Virus record (IMG/VR): IMGVR_UViG_3300030330_004289 | Location: 1 to 40,783 of that record | DNA length: 40,783 bases | DNA from: a virus | Lineage: Duplodnaviria > Caudoviricetes | Strand: one strand, 5' to 3' | Shown: one piece after another, positions 19,426 through 26,374 of the stretch | How the letters are laid out: every line of letters starts with the position of its first letter | How positions within the stretch are numbered: the stretch's first letter is position 1 | Notes under the pieces: model-generated | The model's input: the letters and a program-made list of their open reading frames with translations, nothing else | Database searches by the model: none | Told to the model about the DNA's origin: nothing | Program-made: the position numbers and the translations under genes

Positions 19426-19461
19426 TTTACTAGCCAACATTTCCTAAGCTACAATCACTAC
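19426..19461 (+). promoter_or_regulatory. Promoter, probably giving a leaderless mRNA
   Basis: TTTACT-18-TACAAT then 6 nt to ATG 19462; no SD. Confidence 0.5.
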
Positions 19462-21222
19462 ATGGAAACCGACGGCATCAACGCATTGAATCCTTATATC
19501 GGAATAGCTGAACCTGTTAGCCGCCAACCTTTTGGCAGTGTTGTGCTTGGACAATCCCAAGGACCAGTCATCGACTACCTCACTAGACCGATGGTTCCAT
19601 CGCCAAAGTCCAGGCGTCGCGACACCCTCAAAGGCATAGCTCAGTTTCTACCGTTTCTCAGTGGTGAATTAGCTAAAGCCGAAGGCGATAAACTCGGCGT
19701 GGCTTTATCCGGACTAGATTTTCTAGGTGCAGCTGGCGCACCAGCGAAAGCGGTTGTCAAAAAAGGCATAGACGCTATACCCGACCAGGCCACCAAAAAT
19801 TTTTCCGATGCTATGAAATCTAAAAACCTAATGTTTGTTCACAATACTTCTGAGGAAGCAATCCGCAGCTTTGATGCTATGGGCGGTTTACCTTCACCCA
19901 GTCTAGCCGTAACCGAAAGCGAGATCCCGCTCAAAGGCTTTGGTAAAATTCAACTAATTGGCAAGCCGGAAAAGTTTGATCCAGCCATAGATCCTCGCAA
20001 CAAGATATATTCAGCTGATGCCTACACACCAAGAGCGCCAAAGAAACTTCGTTTAGCCAAAGAAGGAGCTGAATCGAAACTTACCAAAGAGTACAAAGCG
20101 CTAGCAAAAGAGTATGGCGAACTAGATGAGCTTGAGCGAGGCCAATCTGCTTTACGCAATTTGCAAAAAGACAATATGTATTACCCAGAAAATCGGCTTG
20201 ATGAACTTGACAGGTTTTTTAACTCTGATTTAGGAAAACTTAAGTATCTAAAAGATCAAGGATTTGATCCAAGCCTACCAACATTCAAATCAGCCGCCGC
20301 TGATCCTAGACTCCTCGTATCTGGATTTGAAGGAACAAAAGGTTTCAAAAAATGGGCAAAAAAAGAAAAAAACAAATATCTCTCCCAAGACGGCGTGTTG
20401 CAATACTTTGACGACTTTGAAGAAACCATGGTTACCAAACCCTACACTCTCGAGAACGCAGTCAATAGCATGATAAAAGAAACGCAACGCGGTGGTGAAG
20501 GCTTTGCTGGTGGTTATTCGCCAGCCAGAATGAAAGCACTCATGTCCAAGGAGTTCAAAGATCTGCCTGATATAAAAGCCGAACGTGGGAGGCTTACTGA
20601 TAAACCACCTAGCGCAATGCATTTTGGCATACAAATAGATGAGCTATTAGCTAAATACAAATTTCCTGCAACTCTGGATGCAAAATTTACTCCAAAAGGT
20701 TCATTTTACGATGAAAATGTCGGCAGTAACATGCTTAACGACATCGGCATAGCTATTGAAGATGGCAAAAAATTTGACCAAAAATTATTAAAAGATGTTT
20801 ACAACCAAAACATCGACTTTGACGAGCTGGAAAAATTTACGCGCAATAAGTTTGAATACGACAACCCACCCAAAGGATTCCTAGACGACCTTGAAGATAT
20901 ATTTATCAAAAACGCTACCCGCAATGTCGAATACTTTGAGGCTAAACCAATCCGAGCTGTTGGCTTTGATGAATTTGCTGGCGCTATTGTACCCAAAGAT
21001 ACCAGCCAAGATGTTATTAATATCTTACAAAAACGCGGCTTAAAAGTTATCAAACAAACTGATGACGACTTTACCGAAGATTTTTTCAAAACTGGCGCCC
21101 GGAAACAATACTTCCAAGACCAGATGTTCTCCTTCGCGCCTGTCGCAGGCGCTGGTGGAGTAGCTGCGCTGTCAATCGAAAAAAATACTGAGGATGAAGA
21201 TAAAGGCTTAGGCTCACTATAA
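19462..21222 (+). CDS. Polyvalent-protein-type domain protein (possible ADP-ribosyltransferase-like fold) with a pre-toxin-like helical N-terminus
   Basis: NLMFVHN...GGLPSPSLAV...FGKI.L...DP...NKIYSADAYTP and YFEAKP.RAVGFDEF.GAIVP blocks that I recall from large polyvalent phage/plasmid proteins; activity is inferred only. Confidence 0.5.
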   Translation: METDGINALNPYIGIAEPVSRQPFGSVVLGQSQGPVIDYLTRPMVPSPKSRRRDTLKGIAQFLPFLSGELAKAEGDKLGVALSGLDFLGAAGAPAKAVVKKGIDAIPDQATKNFSDAMKSKNLMFVHNTSEEAIRSFDAMGGLPSPSLAVTESEIPLKGFGKIQLIGKPEKFDPAIDPRNKIYSADAYTPRAPKKLRLAKEGAESKLTKEYKALAKEYGELDELERGQSALRNLQKDNMYYPENRLDELDRFFNSDLGKLKYLKDQGFDPSLPTFKSAAADPRLLVSGFEGTKGFKKWAKKEKNKYLSQDGVLQYFDDFEETMVTKPYTLENAVNSMIKETQRGGEGFAGGYSPARMKALMSKEFKDLPDIKAERGRLTDKPPSAMHFGIQIDELLAKYKFPATLDAKFTPKGSFYDENVGSNMLNDIGIAIEDGKKFDQKLLKDVYNQNIDFDELEKFTRNKFEYDNPPKGFLDDLEDIFIKNATRNVEYFEAKPIRAVGFDEFAGAIVPKDTSQDVINILQKRGLKVIKQTDDDFTEDFFKTGARKQYFQDQMFSFAPVAGAGGVAALSIEKNTEDEDKGLGSL

Positions 21223-21264
21223 ATTTAGTTTGCAATTGTTTGCAAGTTTTGAGAAACTTTATCA

Positions 21265-21684
21265 ATGCCTATTAATTCTAGAAATAAGGGCGCACAATTT
21301 GAACGCGACGTAGCTAAGATTCTCAACGGCTTTTTTGCCGATAACAATATTGATTTCCAAACAAAACGCAATCTAGACCAATACCAACAAAAAGATCTAT
21401 GCGATCTCGACATACCCTTTCATGCGGTTGAATGTAAATTTTACAAAGCAGGCGAATGGCTGAAAAAAGCCTGGTGGGACCAAGTTTGCAGTGCCAGTGA
21501 TGGCAAGATCCCTGTCCTGATCTTTAAATTCAACCGCAGACCGATCCGCGTGTGCGTGCCGCTGCACGCCATGAACCTCGATTGGCCGCACGAAAACGAC
21601 AAAATATGTGTTATGGACATGGAGCATTGGCTCGATGTGCTCAAAAAGAACTGGCGCAGATATGACAAACACTTTACGAGCTAA
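21265..21684 (+). CDS. Holliday junction resolvase-like PD-(D/E)XK nuclease
   Basis: NSRNKGAQFER.VA, D-LD, VECK, WW.Q, PVLIFK.NR. Confidence 0.8.
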   Translation: MPINSRNKGAQFERDVAKILNGFFADNNIDFQTKRNLDQYQQKDLCDLDIPFHAVECKFYKAGEWLKKAWWDQVCSASDGKIPVLIFKFNRRPIRVCVPLHAMNLDWPHENDKICVMDMEHWLDVLKKNWRRYDKHFTS

Positions 21685-21686
21685 CG

Positions 21687-22016
21687 GTGCAATATAAATT
21701 TAACAAATTTTATTACAAACCATTGCCTGATAATCTGACGATTAAAAACAGTGCTATTGAAGGCTTAGGACTCTTTGCTACTGAAAATATTACCGCCGAT
21801 ACAGACCTTGGCATGACGCACATCAAAGTGCCAATTATTAACGGCTATGTGCGCACTCCGTTAGGTGGTTTTTTAAATCATCACGCCAACCCAAACTGCT
21901 GCTTGATTGAACTTTTGGATTGGGACGATTACAGAATTTTCCATTTGCACACCATAAGGCATATTAATCAGGGTGATGAGCTAACTTTAAACTATCATGT
22001 CGACGAACAAGAATGA
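21687..22016 (+). CDS. SET domain protein-lysine methyltransferase
   Basis: S.IEGLGLFATE.I, FLNHHANPNC, I..GDELTLNY; GTG start. Confidence 0.88.
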   Translation: MQYKFNKFYYKPLPDNLTIKNSAIEGLGLFATENITADTDLGMTHIKVPIINGYVRTPLGGFLNHHANPNCCLIELLDWDDYRIFHLHTIRHINQGDELTLNYHVDEQE

Positions 22017-22557
22017 AACACCCAATCACGGCGTTACTGGACTGTCGATCAGTCAAGATGAAGTAGATCTGTTCTTAGATTACTTGGTTGAAAGCGAGCC
22101 AGTGCAAGCAAAAGTGCACAAAAACGCTAAGGAGACAGCAAATATTGATATCCGGGATGCGCAGATTCACTACATTGACGCTAACCAAGACCGTCTCTAC
22201 AGAATCCTTAATAAAATCGCTGTTGTAGCCAATAAATACTTTAATTATCAAATTACTGGCATTGAAACAGCGCAACTTATCCACTATGAGGCTCCAAGTA
22301 ACGGCTATGGCTATCATATTGACATTGGACCTGACGGCACAGCTGCCACACGCAAGATAAGTATGACACTTTGCCTGAATGAAGAGTACGAAGGCGGCGA
22401 ATTGTGCTTTAGAACCGGCGAACAACCTAGTTGTACGCGTCCCAAGGTAGGTGAAATTGTAGCTTTTAGCTCATTTATCTCGCATCAGGTCAAACCGGTA
22501 ACCAAAGGCAATCGTTATGTAGTGGTTGCTTGGTTTACAGGCCCGCCGTTTCGTTAA
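21997..22557 (+). CDS. 2OG-Fe(II) oxygenase (prolyl hydroxylase/PKHD type)
   Basis: YHID, RKISMTL.L.EEYEGGEL, HQVKPVTKGNRYVVVAWF.GP.FR. Confidence 0.92.
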   Translation: MSTNKNETPNHGVTGLSISQDEVDLFLDYLVESEPVQAKVHKNAKETANIDIRDAQIHYIDANQDRLYRILNKIAVVANKYFNYQITGIETAQLIHYEAPSNGYGYHIDIGPDGTAATRKISMTLCLNEEYEGGELCFRTGEQPSCTRPKVGEIVAFSSFISHQVKPVTKGNRYVVVAWFTGPPFR

Positions 22558-22709
22558 AAGCGTGGCGCAAACATAGTGCGCAAGCTTGACATTTTATCAT
22601 CAGGCACATCGCGCAAATGTTTTGGCACTTCACCCTCACATTTGTGCCTTAGCAACTCACTGACAGGAATAGTCCTGCCACATTTTTCACATTTAGCTTT
22701 TGCTATCAT
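22554..22709 (-). CDS. Small C2HC zinc-finger protein
   Basis: 51 aa MIAKAKCEKCGRTIPVSELLRHKCEG...; not in the ORF track. Confidence 0.55.
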   Translation of the reverse strand: MIAKAKCEKCGRTIPVSELLRHKCEGEVPKHLRDVPDDKMSSLRTMFAPRF

Positions 22710-22911
22710 TTTCATACTTTACAATTAAAACCTCAGCGCGTCGATTCACTTCATCTGTCATCTCGTGCAACGTGTCGATCCGTTTTTGTAGATCCTCTCG
22801 TTCCACCGGATTGGTAACTTGTGGCAGTTGATCTTCTAGATCTTCGATCTGTTGTGAACAAACAAGGCGTAAATGTCGTGCTACACCCTCAATCTCGTCT
22901 TTCATCTTCAT
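22693..22911 (-). CDS. Hypothetical coiled-coil protein
   Basis: Start reassigned to the ATG after SD GGAGG; heptad pattern. Confidence 0.6.
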   Translation of the reverse strand: MKMKDEIEGVARHLRLVCSQQIEDLEDQLPQVTNPVEREDLQKRIDTLHEMTDEVNRRAEVLIVKYENDSKS

Positions 22912-23005
22912 GGCGTTTAACCTCCCTCTCAAATAATTTATTAGACTGGTTTTGCAACGATTTCTCAACGCATTTATCGATTAAGTTCCAAAACCAATCA
23001 AGCAT
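22889..23005 (-). CDS. Small hypothetical protein
   Basis: 38 aa MLDWFWNLIDKCVEKSLQ..., fills the gap in the leftward operon. Confidence 0.4.
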   Translation of the reverse strand: MLDWFWNLIDKCVEKSLQNQSNKLFEREVKRHEDERRD

Positions 23006-23010
23006 CACTC

Positions 23011-23274
23011 TTAATTACTGAAAAAATCCTCTGGTTTGTATTCATTTGCTTCTTTAATTTCTAGCTTTATAGCATCAACTCGTTTTATCATCTTCTCAAA
23101 CTTTTTATCCTGTGGCATAACTCCCTTTTTTGTAAAATCTCGCAAAACTTTGGGCAGAATATCAAGAGCTTTTGCCATACTTGTATTGTTGTGAAAATAA
23201 TGTTTTGTCAAAAACTGTATATCCTTATTAAGCTTTATTACTTCTATTTGTTTAATCATGCTCTTAATCATCAA
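23011..23274 (-). CDS. Hypothetical protein, possible Cro/XRE-like HTH
   Basis: NNTSMAKALDILPKVLRDFTKKG..P resembles an HTH. Confidence 0.5.
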   Translation of the reverse strand: MMIKSMIKQIEVIKLNKDIQFLTKHYFHNNTSMAKALDILPKVLRDFTKKGVMPQDKKFEKMIKRVDAIKLEIKEANEYKPEDFFSN

Positions 23275-23489
23275 TGCACCACCCTTGTCGCTGCATCGTC
23301 TTTATAAACCACGCCAACCTTGCGGCCATTCATCTCTTCAATCTCTTGCCACAGCTTAAGATCCTCTGGCGCCATCTCAGACATAGCTATCTGATTGTAT
23401 GGCTTGTCATGTTTTCTGGACAAGTAGCGAATAAAAATTTCTATTAACACTGGATACAAAGTATCTTTGATATGTTTTGGTGCACTCAT
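23271..23489 (-). CDS. Hypothetical protein
   Basis: Likely start MSAPKH at 23489, overlapping the upstream stop. Confidence 0.55.
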   Translation of the reverse strand: MSAPKHIKDTLYPVLIEIFIRYLSRKHDKPYNQIAMSEMAPEDLKLWQEIEEMNGRKVGVVYKDDAATRVVH

Positions 23490-23785
23490 TATAAAACCCT
23501 CCAAACTCTTATACCTTCATCTACTCGGCGTTGTTTAAATTTTATACCTTTTTGATAACCAGCTTGACGCAAAACCCTAACTTTATCTTCATTATCAAAT
23601 AATACAGAATCACCAACCTCCATCTTGGTTGCTAGCTTAACCCATATAAAAGGTTTTTTTTGACCAGGCATAGGTATATCTTTGTCGATTTTTACAGGCA
23701 ACTCAGCATCCTCTATATATTTGTCATAAGAGCTTCTGTCTCTTGTTGGCTTTATAAGCTGCCACTCCATTTTTTCTTCACTCAT
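23489..23785 (-). CDS. Small phage protein, probably DNA-binding (IDKDIPMP...MEVGDS...GIRVWR type)
   Basis: Motif set recurrent in phage early proteins; SD GAGGG upstream. Confidence 0.65.
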   Translation of the reverse strand: MSEEKMEWQLIKPTRDRSSYDKYIEDAELPVKIDKDIPMPGQKKPFIWVKLATKMEVGDSVLFDNEDKVRVLRQAGYQKGIKFKQRRVDEGIRVWRVL

Positions 23786-23819
23786 AATAATTTTCCCTCA
23801 AAATTAATTTATAAAAACT

Positions 23820-23870
23820 AATATACTAAATTTTATAAATAGTTGCAAATATCTGCTCATTTGTTATTAT
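23820..23870. promoter_or_regulatory. Back-to-back promoters sharing one palindromic -35 (TTGCAA)
   Basis: TTGCAA 23843-48; plus: 16 bp then TGn-TATTAT; minus: 17 bp then TATATT. Confidence 0.65.
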
Positions 23871-23905
23871 TGTATCGTGAGTAACAAATTTTTTATGGAG
23901 GGACT

Positions 23906-24136
23906 ATGAATTATACGATAAACGCAATAAAACCAAGAGCCAAGGAGCAAGAGTACGGGTTTCAGATAAATTCTGTAAAGCCTTGCTGGTCATTTTTCTT
24001 TTGGTTAGATTTTACGAAAAGAAGATACAAGTATCCAAGACCTATCTTTGAGTATTCAAAATGTGATTTTTATGGACTGCATATCAAAGCAGGCAAGCTA
24101 CATATTCAGTTTACAAATTACACGGAGGCAGCATGA
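23906..24136 (+). CDS. Hypothetical protein
   Basis: 76 aa, strong SD GGAGGG, aromatic-rich. Confidence 0.6.
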   Translation: MNYTINAIKPRAKEQEYGFQINSVKPCWSFFFWLDFTKRRYKYPRPIFEYSKCDFYGLHIKAGKLHIQFTNYTEAA

Positions 24137-24924
24137 TTGAACCAAGAAAACAAGTAAACCATATCTATGGCTATATCAGAGTATCGTCTGAGCAACAGGT
24201 CAAAGACGGTTCTTCACTCGAAGAACAAAAAAGATCGATTGAGGAGTTTGTCGCTAACAAATATGGTGGCAGGAAAGTTGATAAGTTCTTTACCGACGCT
24301 GGTATCAGTGGCATGAAGCCATTGTTAGAGCGACCAGGCTCTAGGGAGCTGACCGACGTGATGGACGCCAACGATGTGATAGTAGCAACCAAATTAGACA
24401 GGCTTGCAAGATCTTTTCTAGAAATGCTGAACATGATACCTACACTTGAGGAGACTGGTATTACACTGTATTTCTGCGATATGTTTAATGATATACCTGT
24501 GGTTTTACCGAAAGAAAAAGCCAAAACAGGATTAGCTGCAAAGATGGATATGACAAGGATCGCCAACCAACAACTGGTCACTAATATGGCTATGTTTGCT
24601 GAAATTGAAAGAGAAACGATTATGTCAAGACTTAACGGTGGCAAACTTGTCTATGCAGAGAAAGGCTACTCAATCGGTGGACATGTGCCGTTTGGTTATC
24701 GCAAGGAGTATGACGACTCTGGCAGCAGACGCAGAACGAAGTTAGTGCCTATACCAGAGGAGTTTGCAGTGCTCAAACATATTTGGGCATTACGCGAAAA
24801 AGGCTTAGGCGCAAGGAAAATAGCCAAACAGATTCAAAGCTCTCATCCCGGCTATGAGGATTTTCCGTATCACAAGGTCCACAGGATCCTAAAACGTAAG
24901 TTCCAAGGACTGCACCACGAATAG
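24133..24924 (+). CDS. Serine recombinase (resolvase catalytic domain + short recombinase DNA-binding domain)
   Basis: YGYIRVSSEQQ, D.GISG, RPG, KLDRLARS, FAE.ERE.I..R, GGHVPFGY; SD GGAGG. Confidence 0.93.
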   Translation: MIEPRKQVNHIYGYIRVSSEQQVKDGSSLEEQKRSIEEFVANKYGGRKVDKFFTDAGISGMKPLLERPGSRELTDVMDANDVIVATKLDRLARSFLEMLNMIPTLEETGITLYFCDMFNDIPVVLPKEKAKTGLAAKMDMTRIANQQLVTNMAMFAEIERETIMSRLNGGKLVYAEKGYSIGGHVPFGYRKEYDDSGSRRRTKLVPIPEEFAVLKHIWALREKGLGARKIAKQIQSSHPGYEDFPYHKVHRILKRKFQGLHHE

Positions 24925-24955
24925 AAAAAGTTAGCGTTTCAGTTATAATCATGGA
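24922..24955 (+). promoter_or_regulatory. Promoter, probably giving a leaderless mRNA
   Basis: TATAAT at 24944-49, 6 nt before ATG 24956; weak -35 TAGAAA; no SD. Confidence 0.5.
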
Positions 24956-26140
24956 ATGTATCAAAATATTGACATATTCCAACAAGGTGGAGCAGCTGAC
25001 AAAGATCTTTTAGATCGAGTGGTTGAAGGCTACGAAGAGAATGTGCCAATACCAGCGCAGATATTAGCTGGTTTTACACCGCCCGGAATGGCAGCAGATT
25101 TAGTCGCTGGCGGTAAATATGGCCGCGATGCAATCGAAGAGTTTAGAGAGGGCAATATCAAACCTGGCTTAATGTATGCAGGTATCGCTGGACTCTCAAC
25201 CCTTGGTGCGCTACCGCTGATTGGTGATTTATTACGACCAGGTAAACAAGCGCTAAAAAGCGGCATTGCTGTCTTAGATGATGATATGCTGGATCTTAAA
25301 AAAATACTTGATGATCCTAAGCTTTCAAACGCTGATAAATTAGAACAAGCTAAAAACCACCCTGCGGTGGTACAAGCAACAAAAGCTATGGAAGATATAC
25401 CATTAACAAGAGATATGCCAGGATACGGCACTGATGACTTTGTTAAAAACAGAAAATTTAACATCGCAGGTAAATCAGTAACGGGTTATGACGATGCAGT
25501 TGATGAGCTTTACAAAGGAGGCAGAACTTTAGCATACCGAGAAGAAAATTTGGCTATACCCATAAATGTTATGGCAAAAAATACAGGTGAAAAGTCGGCA
25601 ACAATAGTAATAGGTCCACCAGCAGCAGGGAAAAGCAGAATATCTAATCCTATTGCAATTAAAAACAAAGCCACAATAATTGATGCTGATGAATCAAAAA
25701 AAATACTACCCGAATACCAAGGCGGAATCGGATCTAATGCAACGCACCACGAGTCTAAAATTTTATCCAACAAAGTGATGGAAACAGCCATTGCAAGAGG
25801 TGACAATTTAGTTTTACCTAAAGTTGGTAATGACACTGATGCGATACGCACATTAACAAATAATTTAAAAAACGAAGGCTATAGAGTGAATTTGGTTTTA
25901 ACAGAAATAGATCCTGATTTAGCATTGATTAGAATGAATGATAGATTTATAAGAAAGGGCAGACTGATTCCGTCAGATTACGCCTTAGCTAATAGAGGTA
26001 AACAAAATATAACTTATAATAAACTTAGAAAGGAGGGAATAGCAGATGGTTATGGAAAAATCGACACGACTACGAGGGTTGGCGAGCCTAAAAAAATCTT
26101 CGAAGACACAGCAGACATCTTCACCGACACTGGTCTTTGA
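24956..26140 (+). CDS. Zeta-toxin/P-loop kinase domain protein with a pre-toxin-like helical N-terminus
   Basis: GPPAAGKS Walker A, IIDADESKKILPEY, HHES, GDNLV, GY.V.LV, R...R....GR.IP. Confidence 0.82.
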   Translation: MYQNIDIFQQGGAADKDLLDRVVEGYEENVPIPAQILAGFTPPGMAADLVAGGKYGRDAIEEFREGNIKPGLMYAGIAGLSTLGALPLIGDLLRPGKQALKSGIAVLDDDMLDLKKILDDPKLSNADKLEQAKNHPAVVQATKAMEDIPLTRDMPGYGTDDFVKNRKFNIAGKSVTGYDDAVDELYKGGRTLAYREENLAIPINVMAKNTGEKSATIVIGPPAAGKSRISNPIAIKNKATIIDADESKKILPEYQGGIGSNATHHESKILSNKVMETAIARGDNLVLPKVGNDTDAIRTLTNNLKNEGYRVNLVLTEIDPDLALIRMNDRFIRKGRLIPSDYALANRGKQNITYNKLRKEGIADGYGKIDTTTRVGEPKKIFEDTADIFTDTGL

Positions 26141-26231
26141 TTACGATAAAGAAGAAAAAGACGCAGATATAGCGTCTAAATCACGAGCTTATCGTAATAT
26201 TGTAAAAAATGTTTTATCAAGATATGACTAA
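26046..26231 (+). CDS. Small hypothetical protein overlapping the zeta-toxin 3' end (immunity candidate)
   Basis: 61 aa; SD AAGGAGGG upstream inside the toxin gene. Confidence 0.45.
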   Translation: MVMEKSTRLRGLASLKKSSKTQQTSSPTLVFDYDKEEKDADIASKSRAYRNIVKNVLSRYD

Positions 26232-26233
26232 TT

Positions 26234-26374
26234 ATGACCGATAAAGAAAAAATTATTAGCGCCATAGCTACTATTGACTCTATGCTTACACTTGATTTTA
26301 TGACAGATCCAGTGCGCGCAGATCTTAATAATATTAAGACTTTGTTAGTTGCAGTTAGAGATAATCTAAGCTAA
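26234..26374 (+). CDS. Small helical hypothetical protein
   Basis: 46 aa MTDKEKIISAIATIDSML...; TAATG coupling to the next gene; not in the track. Confidence 0.55.
   Translation: MTDKEKIISAIATIDSMLTLDFMTDPVRADLNNIKTLLVAVRDNLS

Noticed and set aside
19124-19461. tRNA or other known ncRNA in the non-coding gap
   Set aside because: No cloverleaf or T-loop consensus recognised by eye; a covariance-model scan would be needed to exclude it fully
17088-21684. Restriction-modification pair (MTase + PD-(D/E)XK nuclease)
   Set aside because: The genes are 3 kb apart and the nuclease has Holliday-resolvase motifs; the MTase is likely an orphan
24133-26140. IS607-type element (serine recombinase + TnpB)
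   Set aside because: No N-terminal HTH on the recombinase, and the downstream gene is a P-loop kinase, not a RuvC/Zn-finger TnpB
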